Of a stretch of DNA of 64,000 bases, positions 24,064 through 35,600 are shown piece after piece; the first letter of the stretch is position 1; every line of letters begins with the position of its first letter. A program made the translations under genes and the position numbers. Location of the stretch: positions 17,918,001 through 17,982,000 of the forward strand of contig CM052847.1 in the NCBI GenBank assembly GCA_028534125.1, read 5' to 3'. The notes under the pieces were generated by a model. It ran no database searches and had not been told where the DNA came from. It saw only the letters and a list, made by a program, of their open reading frames with translations. This DNA comes from Lama glama (Eukaryota).

Positions 24064-27000
24064 GTGAGTGTGCTGCCTGGAAAGTCTCCTCCCTCACGTG
24101 CAAATTGGAGCTCTGTGTCCCAGTCAGGGTAGACGTAGCCACCGCATGCAGCCAGAGGTCACCCTGAGATGCGTCCCCCGGGACGAAGTTACCCGACCTG
24201 AACTTTTCACCACAGCTGAAATGATCACCTTTTATTTCTCCAGTCGAGGAGACCTTAGGGCCGACATCCTAGCTCAGGTTAGCACTGTCAGACGGAGGAA
24301 GCCCACAGGCTGCCCTGTCACCACACGTCCCTTTTCTGGCTGAAATTGAGGGAGATTTGGCAGGGGGGTGGGGGAGCTGGGGTTGAGAGAGAAGATCTGC
24401 TTTTTGCATCTTAGTCCTCTGGCTTTCTGCCTGTGCCTGAGAGAAACGCTGAGGGTGTGGGCCTCTAGACAGAGAAATAAACCATCCTCATGTAGCACAG
24501 AGCAGATGTGGACTCGGTGTTAGGGTTGTATTTCAAAGAGCAAAACTCCTGGAGTCCCAAGCGCAGGGAGTCCATTAAGTGACAGAGAAATGACTTTGTC
24601 CAGGAGAAGATTGTAGGTTCTTCTTTGTCACCACAATAGAGGCAAAAGCCAGGGCCCGAGCCTGGATGAAAACCAGTGTTTCCCACGCAGCGACGGCGGA
24701 GTTGGAGATAACTGTTCTCTTTCCACATTTACCTCCCGCTTTGACAGTGACACACGCCTCCTTCTTAGAACCGCTCATAAAGGTTGTCACCCTGTTCCCA
24801 GTCATCAGACTAGTGTCCTGAGTCAGCCCGGGGAGGCCCAGGTGCACCCATAAAGCGCATTTATTTGTCCATTCTTGTAAGAAATCTGTGTTTTTGCAAC
24901 ACAGAGAAGGTTTCATTCAATTCATGTAGTTTTCAGTGCACATTCCATGGGGCTAATGAGAACCGTCTCTCCTCTCCCAGTCTCTGGTTCTGGGTGTGCA
25001 CTGCCACCCCAGACCACGTCTGGAAAGAAGAGGTTAAGACCAGTAATCAAGGCCAAGGCACTCATCTCCCTAGTTTTACCTAACTCAGCGCCCTGGGAGG
25101 AGGAAGATTTGTTCCTTTGATGTTCAGACAGAAAGCTTCATGCTGTCAGAATTGAAGGCACAGGGAACAAAAGTTTTCCACCTGCCCCCACCTCCAGAGC
25201 CCCAGCACGGAGGTGGTCTGGAGGAATAACTCCTAGCTTGTGGTCCCTATGTTTTCTTCTGAAGGTGCTTTAAAAAAACGGGGGAGGGGGGAGACATGGA
25301 AATGACAGTTTACATTCTCTAAGAGTTCTGAAACTTGTGTTACCTAACACTACCTGGAAGATGTGAGTCTAAAAGCTGAATAAGGCATGATGTCGAGTGG
25401 GGTCCCCAAGCAGGGGGGGAGGCTGATCTGTCACTTGCCATCTGTGCCTTGAGCTGTACCACCTAACATATTTCCTTGTGCCAGGGCCCTGTACCACTTC
25501 TGGCCCCCGCACAACCTCACAGGCAGAAGGATCCCAGGATTTCCACCCTGGTTCCCTCTGTGCCATCCTGGCAGATTCCCACGTGGCGAGCTCAGCTTCT
25601 CCCCACTCTGATCCTCTGATCCTGGGCAGCCATGATGGTAGATGCCCACATAGGCAGACAAACCAGGAGCGCAAACACCGCCAGACAGAGCAGCATGGCT
25701 GAGTGAAAACTTACATATGCAGGAAAGACACAGCAACGTTTCTGTGATCCCTTTTCTGCTGCCAATTTAGTAATAAGAACCGCTATTCCCTCCGATTATT
25801 TTTCTCTGACTTCCGTGTTATCATTGCATTTTTGCATTCACCAAGGCATACAGCATGGAGAAAGAATGGACAGGCAGGCCCTTAAGTACTAACAGGGAGA
25901 TTTACGGTGCCTGGGAGGTGGATGGCCACAGGGCCCAGTCCTAGAAATTCTCCTGACATGAAACATGGGCATGGTCCATTCATTTTCCTATCTTGTCCTT
26001 CAGTTCCCCCAATTGAAAATGGCAGCAAAGTATCTGCCCTGCTCCTCAAAGGACATGATCAGCTCCTGCCGTGGGAGGCTTTTTGTATAAGCAGACCATC
26101 CGTAGGGTTTCGTGGAGGCCTTGACTGTGAAGTGGGAAGACTGGACATCCTGCCCTCCCTCTCCCAGTTTACAAGCTGACTGTCCATCTGTCCAGTGGGG
26201 ACAGTGATCAAGAGCACTGGTGCCAACAGGAGCACTGGTGTCTAGAGGTCTTTGAGTGGACGTTAGTTACCTCTGCAGGTGAGGTTTTAAAAGAGCCAAC
26301 ACTTTCATAGGAAAGAGCGGGACACTGCTTGACTGGAGAACTTGGTCAGTTCGAGCTGCCGTTTGCTCGATGAAGCAGCACTTGACACCAGAACAGCCTA
26401 CTTCTGCAATCAGTTATGTGAGCACTTCATCAGTATTTTAGGCAAATGCTGGTTGAAAGTCCTCCTTCCTCCCTGCCCCCTTTCTTTTTAACAGAAAAGT
26501 AATTTCTGACCAACTGATGAGAATTCCCTGTGGCAAAAAAAGAAAAGAAAAGAAAAGAAAATATTCATTTAGAGCCATTTGTTCTGAAATATAAAGACAG
26601 ACAGTGGTACATTTTTCAATTAGCAGGACCCAGGGACTCCTGGGGACTGGGGACTGTTCCCGAATCAGTGTATTTGTTGACAGAACAATTCTCTTTCATG
26701 CTCCTCTTTTGCTTTCATTAAAGAATTGCATTTTTGCAATCAAATATTAACAAGTGTCTCCCATTAGCGGCACTGGAGATCAAGGGGTGCTCAGCATTTC
26801 TGGTCTCAACGCCTACTGCTGGCTCAGCTGTTTACAAAATAAATAAAAATGAAGTGAAATGAAAGCTTGGCTGCTCCGGGAAGTATCTTCTAGTGCTAAA
26901 CCGGGGTACAAAGTAGTCAACAGAAAAGGTTTTAAATCAATCCATTTGATTGATTATGATGAGGGAGATGAGCTGTTGGGCTGTTCACATTTGTTTTTCT

Positions 27001-30000
27001 TTTTTTTCTTTTGCTCAGTTCAGCTGTAAGAGTGAGAGCGGAGACTTAATAGCCTTGGCTCCCCAGCAGGTGTCTAATGTCCTTCCTTCTCTGCACCGTC
27101 AGTAGTTTGAATCCAGATGTTAGACTGAGGTTCCTCCGGGCTTGTTGACCAGTGCCCCCGCCCCACGTCGGAATAGTGGGCTGCCAGGACCCACGTTTTT
27201 GTATCCCTGAAGCCCTGCTATACTTTCCATTAGAATCACTGTCTTTTAAAATAAAAAAATCACGATCTACACTTTGGCAAGAAAGATAATTTTAGAAGTC
27301 CCAGAGTTACTCACCAGCACCCAGAACTGAACCATGTTTTAAGACAGACTGCCCTCCCCCCACCCCCCGCCCCAGGAAACTGTCATGCCTCTGTAAGGAC
27401 AGTGTCTGCCAAGCCTGTCACAACCACCCGACGGGTACCAGGACTCTGCTTCACTTTCCGCTGTACACCCACATCTAAACATGCGTTTTTCCCCGTTGCA
27501 GGCAGCAACCCATTCTGCCATTTTTTTTTCCCCTTAATTTGGAAAATCTGGTTTGAGATACTTCAGCCCCTCCTGATGCTCAGAACCGTCTGCACAACAG
27601 GTCCACCTGCCAGGCCCACACGTGGCAAGTGAAATGAGATGTTTGCTCTCAGAATCAAAGCTTGAGGCTTCTAAGCCAATGTGTTTATTGGCCAGTGTCA
27701 CCTTATAGCATGTTGATTTCCTCAAATACACATACTCTCGCTTACCCACAGTCCCATAGTTGGAATGGACTATTTGGGTCCAATGTGCCAGGTTTGCAAT
27801 GCCATGGCAATTGAATATCTGTAACTCAGAGACAGTGAAGGGGTTGATTTCATCTTTCTTTCCCATAAACCGTAGTCAAATCTTCACTGCCATTTAAGGT
27901 AACTTTCTGCTTGTTTAAGAATATTCCAGCTGCATTTATGGTGTTCCAACAGCCTCCTGCCAAAACCCTTGTCAAATGAATTGGCAATACTCTCAGGGAC
28001 ATTGCTGAGCACAGAGTGGATTTAGCTATTAAATCCTCATTTGTTTTTGTTTTATCTGATCGGGATATTGGGATAGGACTTTTGACACTTAAAACATGTA
28101 CACAGAGAGGACTTCAGTTCTGATCACGACATTTTAGTCTTGCCCATGTGGTACCCAAACATTCAGATATGTGGAAACCTTTATCAGATGCCCCCTGGGG
28201 TATTAACTGCATCTTGTTGTCTTGCTCTGGGTACAATCTTCCAGTCTCATCTCAGGAATGAGATTTGGCCAACTATAAAGTCCTCGTCTGCACTCAACCT
28301 CGGGTGCCAAAAGCAAATGATCGCTCCCTGCCAATTTTGAATAAACTAACCCCACATTGGGGATTGTCCATTAGGGTATTAATTTTGATGCTCCAGTACC
28401 ATCCTGATAGCATATGTTTAAATCCTGCCATTGCTCAAAAAATACAGTGAGGAAAATCAGCCGCATTAAATCTTGCTTTGGCTGAAAAGGAATTTGTAGA
28501 TAAGTTTTCCATAGGCTGAAACCTCCTCACGCCACACAAATTCTTTTAAATTAGGTTTCCCTCGGTTGAAATAAAGCAGCTGCTGCTCCTCTTTCAAAGG
28601 AGGGCAGGAAATCAAGAGGCCCTGGCATTGTATGTGCTTTTGAAAGTGCCGGTACTTCTTTGTTTGCTTTATTCCTTTTTTTTTCCTTGGTGCAGAGCAA
28701 GAATTCACCTAGATCTCTCAAAATTCTCTTGCAGCCTAGAGAAAAGCTAGAACACCTGAGTTAAGATAGCCTTTCAGTCAAGATGACAGGAGGAATAGAT
28801 GTGTTCCAGAATCTGCTGTGTGACAGGCCTATCTGCTCTCCTTAGATCCCGTCTGTAGGAGGAAATTACTTGGAGAAACCTTTCCCAGTCAATCACGTGT
28901 CCATTTTAGCAGCAAGAAGGTAACCTCGTCGAAATAAGAGGAATTCAACTCCTTTCATTTCTATTAGCAATCTCTGACATTCTGAAAGTGGAGATGATAA
29001 ATAATGGACAGCTAAATTACAGGTTGGACACATCTACAGGTGGAATTTTTGCCTTTTAGTTTTTCCATTAGGCATTTGGAGGCTTTAAGATGGTACTGTG
29101 TGGGATCTCTTACCAGCCTCCCCCACCCCCCACCCCCCCCCCAAAAAAGAAAAAAGTAGCTTCACTATTTTGGTACCAGTTTTGATTTGTTTTTTTTACT
29201 CCTGCAGTCTAAGTTCTTCTGCATTTTGATCAGTAGCCAGAGAACTGACTGCTGGCACCCCATGTGGAACAGTCTAGAACAGTCAAGGGCTGACCCTGCA
29301 AGATCAGAGCAGTTTTCCAGACCCAGTAGACTCCACTGTCCCCAGAAGCTCGTTTTCAGAAAAAGAAGGGGGTAATTGACCAAAGCAATTTCTCACCGGG
29401 GGAAAAGCCGCGGGTGAGCTTGTGGAAGGAGCCAGCAGCCCACGGTGATGGGAGGAGCCCGTGTGACCTGTGTTAGCAGAAAGTCACAGATAGGCAGCCT
29501 CACCCCAAAGCCCGTGTTTTCAGTGGTTTTGAAAAGAAAGTGAAAATCTAGCCGTAGGACTACCTTGACCTTCTGTTTTAAAGACATGACACAGGTTAGC
29601 AAGCTAGCCATCCGTGAAACACTGGGTTCTGAAGTTAGCTTCCCCTGGAGTGACGGAGAGAGGGAGTCTTGTGTAGCCCGTGTTCCCACTTTCTGAGTGA
29701 CATAGTCATTTTCTCTCTCAAGTAACTGAACACCACACACAGCATGGAACCTGACCAAGCCCCCAGGAGACAAGGTGTCCCTAACCGCACCCTGATAGAA
29801 TAAAAAGGTTAAAGAAGTCATCGGGTTTGTCAGGTCTTTTTTTTTTTTTTTTTTTGGATGGGATGAGGATTGTATAATTAGAAGCATCAGTCAAGCTTTT
29901 AATTGCAGTTTTCATAGAGGAAAGGGCAACAGTTCCAGTTTCTCGAGAGAGAGTTTCATCATCCTGTTGCTCAGACTTTTCTTTTGAGCCCTTGTTCATT

Positions 30001-32269
30001 GTTAGATCTTTCTCACGAAGTCAGTTACTCACCCAAGTTCTGCTTGTTCTGAAGGTAAACTGTACCTTATTGATTTTTGTTGACATTTTACGTGTTTTCT
30101 ATGCATTCTTAACCTCCATTTGGAAACTGTCAGTTTGGCACATGCTCCCGGGTATTAAGAGCCAATGAAGTGAATGAAACAACCTTCTTGACTATTAAAA
30201 GCAGAGTTAGTCCAGGCTCTGCATGGTTTCAAATACGGCTCCATCAGATGGCATGCTCTACTGTCGTCTCAAGATAAGAAATGAAAAGGAGAAATCTTTT
30301 AGTGTTATTTCCTCTGTCAGCAATGCCAGTACTGATCACAATGTTTTTGAAGAGAGATGACTTTGAAACAGATGGTAAATTTAAGACTCTCTAATTTCAG
30401 AGCTGAGTATATTTCAGTATGGGACCCAGCAGAGGTATGTCACATGTCTTACACTGTATTCCACATGTCATCTAGATGCCTTGGAGAAGGCCACCAAATT
30501 GCCTTTATTGATGACAAAAGCCACAGTCAGTATGGGTACAGGCAGCACGTTGAAACGGCATCACCAGCTGCTGTAACGTCAGAAAACTGTATGAAACAGC
30601 TTGATGTTCTTAGCGAGCTAGACGTCAGGCTTCAATGAGGACAACTTAAGAGGGAGGTGAATGAGATGAACTTCCCCTGGACTGAGAGTTTTTCTGTATT
30701 AAAAATTACAGCCTGATGCAAAAAAAAAAATGCATTGACTTATTTTCATGATTGGATGTTGTTGTGCCTTGGGGTTAAATGGGCGGGTGTTGCCTTCTCT
30801 TTTGCTGTGTGATTAAAAGGTGCTAATACAGTATTGACTTGATAATCTCACCAGGTACACATGCAGAGCCAGTGAAGAAAATGTATTTAATGGCTCACAC
30901 AGAGATTCACCTACGCCAAGCCATCCGCTGGATGTTTGGCTGTACAAAGTTCCATGTGGCTTCCCGGCCACAGCAGCAACCCATCTCGCGCTTGGTGCCA
31001 GAATTCTGCCTTTGAGGCACTCGCTCTGAGATGACAGCAGGCTTCAGACCCTCAGTCTTTGGATCTGCTTCATTTGGGAATCTTTTAAGTAGTAATAATA
31101 GGAATGTTTTGAGGAAATTGAGTGGAACACTGAATTATTCTCTGATACCTTAGTTCAAACTGCGCCAGGCTAGAGACGCTGAAAATCAATGCACTCAAGT
31201 CATTAGAGATCATAAGTGAAATAGTCTGCGTTGCCTTAGCTAAGCTTTTAGTGTGCTGTGGTATTATTATAAAATCAGCCTGAATCTGCATGAATTTCAC
31301 AGTCTTTTTCTCTGCGAAGCCCAAGGGTGCGTGATGAATAAAATGTAAATTTCAGAAGGCAGTGTTTTTATTAGTGGAAAGGGCAATGAGCCATGTAGTT
31401 GGAGCGGTGACCTGCGTGGTAGCCAACGCTGCTACAAGGAGAGGAACAGGCACTATAGAGTCTAGCTGTTTTACAGCAGGAGAGTAGAATAGCCACGGAA
31501 AGTTCGATGAGTCTCCTGGGAGGTTTAGAGAAATGTACATGATCTTGTGTATATTACACTTGAGGTCAGACCTCTGGTGGGAATCCGAAAGTCGAAACTT
31601 TCAAAAGTCATGAAGGTTTGATGCAAATAAGAAATCCAACGCAAATTTTTAAATTTTACTTTACATGCACGGTTGACTATTCCCAGAGAAATTAGCATTT
31701 GTTTTTGTTCCTCATTAACAGTTACTAAATAGTTGGTACAGGGTTGGGATCTATTCTGTTTGCATTTGAATAGCATCAATGTATATGTATACATATGTCT
31801 ATTTTTTTTAACTACTCAGAGGAGGTGAGATACATTTATTGGCTGACGTTTCGAGCTCTTGGAATCCATTTGCTAATTTGCCCTGGGTGTGAGGATTTTG
31901 TTATCTGCTGCTTAAAAAGCAAGGCTCCCATTTGAAAGAACAAAGCCCGAATGGGTGGATGCCCGAAGTCAAGATAGTCAGCCAAGGAGAAAATGTAAAA
32001 TAGCAACTTTTCATTTTAGAAAATGCAAACTAGGTCTTGGGAATTTCAAACCAGTGGCTGAAAAAAAAAAAAAAAAACAATGAGTACCCAGCTTCCTTCC
32101 CCATCCCTGCCCCCTCACCCCCGGACTCCATTTTAAAAATAAGTAAATAATCTAATCAAGCAAGCAGTCAATCTTTCTGCTTTGGTCCGATTAGCAAGTC
32201 AGCACTGTAAGTAAAAAGCGACCCGAGATGAATCCAAAGAGAGAAGTTGTTGGTTTTATGTACTACTGA

Positions 32270-32513
32270 NNNNNNNNNNNNNNNNNNNNNNNNNNNNNNN
32301 NNNNNNNNNNNNNNNNNNNNNNNNNNNNNNNNNNNNNNNNNNNNNNNNNNNNNNNNNNNNNNNNNNNNNNNNNNNNNNNNNNNNNNNNNNNNNNNNNNNN
32401 NNNNNNNNNNNNNNNNNNNNNNNNNNNNNNNNNNNNNNNNNNNNNNNNNNNNNNNNNNNNNNNNNNNNNNNNNNNNNNNNNNNNNNNNNNNNNNNNNNNN
32501 NNNNNNNNNNNNN
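32270..32513. other. Assembly gap (244 N), probably hiding the ~80-nt CELF2 exon (G)[26 protein letters not shown]
   Basis: Run of N; flanking exons are phase-incompatible (1 vs 0); the RNP1-containing segment was not found elsewhere between 24064 and 36590. Confidence 0.8.
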
Positions 32514-32599
32514 ATGGAAAGCGATTCTCTCCTGTGTGGATTGTTCACATGACAATCACAGATGTAAACTTTCACCACCTCTCTCCTCGTTCATTCATA

Positions 32600-32676
32600 T
32601 CCCTTCTCTCTCTCTCTCTCTCTTTCCCTCCTTCCCTCCCTCCCTCTCTTCTTCTCTCTCTTTCTCACTCTCTTTC
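32600..32676. repeat. (CT)n/(CCCT)n microsatellite
   Basis: cttctctctctctctctctctttccctcccttccctccc... Confidence 0.9.
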
Positions 32677-35600
32677 TGATTTTTCCCCTAATGACTGGAG
32701 ATGCACATAGTGAAACCTTCCACTTAGTCTACATTCTTTTTGGAGCCTTTTATTGCAGGGGCCCAGGTCCTGCCATGTAAAGTTCATGATGCCATGTAAG
32801 CCAAGTATCATTGTGTACCTCAAAGATCGAGGGCGTCCCCCAGCATGGGGGTGGCATGGATTAAACCGTAACCACCCCCACTCCAAATTGCAGCTGGCCC
32901 TGCGCTACATCACAGGGTTCGTTCTTTTCTTTTTAGTTTTTGTTGTTTTTTTTTTTTAACGTGGGGTCAAGTTATCTCTAATCTAGACAAACAGAATTGC
33001 GTTTTTGCATCCAGAATGTTGGAGAAAGTTTATACTTCTCCCACGTCCATTAACCAGTGCAAGTATTCACATATGAGAGTCCCTCAAAAAATTAATTTGT
33101 CACCTTATTAAAAAAATACGAACAATAACCAAGAAACACAAAGGCTCAAGTTTGGTCTCCTAATGAGAGACAGTGGCTTTTGGGGAAGATGAATATTTAA
33201 TGGGCGTGGGTCCCCGGAGGTAGACAATGGCTCTGTAATTCAAGTCTGTGATTTGGGTCATGGCCTTTCAGAATTTTGCACAAAAGCATTCCAAGAGTGA
33301 GATGCTGTTACTTACTCTGTATTGTCTGACAGAACCCTTCGGGAGTGCATGTTCTGGTGTATATGTAAACTGTATCTCTGTGTGCGGGTGATCTCTTCTG
33401 GAGGTAGCTTTGTGGTGTTCTCTGAAGTGATGTTTTTCATCTTTCAGAAAAAGAAAAAAATAATTTTTTTCGGTTTTATTTTAATGTGCCGAAAGTTCTT
33501 TCTTGTTTGAGCTTCTTTTTTTGCCTCCATTTGGGGGGAGGGGATATTTATTAATTTTTTTTTTTTTTGTCCGTTTGTTTTTGTTTGTTTTTTTGCAATG
33601 CTGCATCTCCCGAAGCATGCCGGGAGCTCAGTGATCATCACGGGTCATGTTTTGTGGGCAACCTTTTTAGAGTGAGCCAGAGGGCGGGTGGAAGGGGGGA
33701 AAGGCGTGTGCATGGCATTGTCATTAAGTGTTGACCGTCCTTTTCTGAGTTTTGATACATCAGCATTGCAAAGCCTCTTGTCTTTTTCGAACTTCCTTTT
33801 GACTTTAATATTCCTAACATATCTTATATAATCACTGTGTTTTCCTTTCAGTGCAATGCATTTTTAAGACACTCACTCCCTCCCCCTACGTGAAGGCCAG
33901 CTCAGGTGAAAATCGGCCACGATAAGAGAGAATTAGCAGAGAATTTGAAATGTCTAGGAATCCAGTTTTGAACAACATGCACATACACCCGTGATCATGG
34001 TTTCGCATTCCCCCACCCCCCGCCTTTTTGCATCTTGGGCTGCTCCGTTATCGTGGACCAGTCTGGTTTCCAGCTACATGTCAGTTTGGAGATGGAAAGT
34101 GAAAGTACTGATAAGAAAAAGAAAGCTGTGACCTGTATTTATTATCTTCCATATATATGTGTTTCATTCTTAATTATTTTTATTTCCTGTCCTTGAGTGA
34201 TTTGTACCTAAATTGGTCTCACCTTAGATGATTTTTTAGCCAGAACCCTTTCAGCTCTGTTGGAAGTTCTGCCACCGCACCCAGTTCCTCCACCCCGGGC
34301 GCCCGCCTGAGCGGAGGTCTGTGTCCTCCTGTGTTTTCCCAGAAGGAGGCTACAAGGATGCACAGCAGAACTGGGTGTGAGCCCGAACCAGGGAAGTAAT
34401 AGGCTCTCAGAAGGAAAGGAACTTACGATAGAGAAGGGGACATGTTTATCCTTAAAGAAACCCTCGATCCTTTGTGAATATCACTATTATAAGAAATCAA
34501 ATTCAATGCGCTTGTTTTTAAATCTGGACATCCATGCTTAATCAGCAGGGCCCTCAGACACTACAATTTCTTTTTTTTTTATTTTAAATTTCTTGTTTAA
34601 TTCAAAAATACTGACAGGTAAATGAAAGATTACATATGACACAGCCTCATAGTTGTACAATTGAAGTTTGTTTTTTTGAATTAACTACGTTATTTTCAGG
34701 ACCCAGGCTCACACCTTCAACCAAGATACATTATCTACGAGATTTGAATTCAGAATGATGTGAATATCAAAGTTTGAAAGAATACTTTTTAAAAAAAAAT
34801 CATTAATTTTTATATGGTACCTAGATTTTTCCACTTTCCTCCAATCTCTCCCCATCCTGTTTTTCCCTTTCATGGTTAATCCAAGTCATTTTTGAGCTAT
34901 AATTATTGGCCTAATTTTCTGCTTTTATAGCATTTTGGGGGCACTGAAGGAAGAAAAAAGCCAACAGTAAGTGTACTATTAGGATGAGATGCTATAATTT
35001 GTTACAGAACAAATTTGATACAGTAACAGCCCTTTTCCGTGCAAAACCCTTGCTTTCTGTAATTTCCACCTTCAGAGTGTTTTGCTCTCGTTAAAGTGAT
35101 GAAGTGCTGAAATACAGAGCAGATGAAGAAAAATAAAGTATAGATTTTTTTCTTAATGGTGGAAATACTCCTTTAAGAAATTTACTGACACTTAACACTC
35201 AGTGCTGTGATGTGACCCCCAGAGCTGAAGACCAGGTCCGTTGGAAGTTCACAACTGAAACAGCCACTCACTTTTCTCACATTTTGGGGGATAATATCAG
35301 ACCTGATAGCCTCACGTATTCATAGCTACATCCCCAGTAACTCCCCCAGGTGATAAGAAAAAAAAATGCAACTTTGTTTTTGTAGGAGAAAGAAAAATGA
35401 CCCAGAAGGAAAGGGGGAAAGCTCATTTCAATAGGAGTAGAAGATTTCTGAGAAGAGGGGAGTTTCAGTAAAAGTCATGCTGAGTTTCAATAAAAGAGTT
35501 TTTTTAATCACTTGAGGAGAATTACTTCTTTTTATCTCAGCAGCTTTAATTGTGATGAAATGTACAGGCAGGTATGCAGAGAGAGAGGAGAGTTGGTTTC

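Noticed and set aside
26212-26240. Direct repeat GAGCACTGGTG x2 (and TCCCATCCAG x2 near 22531)
   Set aside because: Two-copy local duplications, not an array; CRISPR is not applicable to mammalian DNA
26461-27075. Polypyrimidine-AG cryptic acceptors near 26494 and 27023
   Set aside because: No convincing paired donor; such sites are common in long introns
31621-31628. Octamer ATGCAAAT
   Set aside because: A few copies are expected by chance in 64 kb
32514-32522. ATGGAA right after the gap as the end (Met-Glu) of the hidden exon
   Set aside because: Followed by agcgat, not a GT donor
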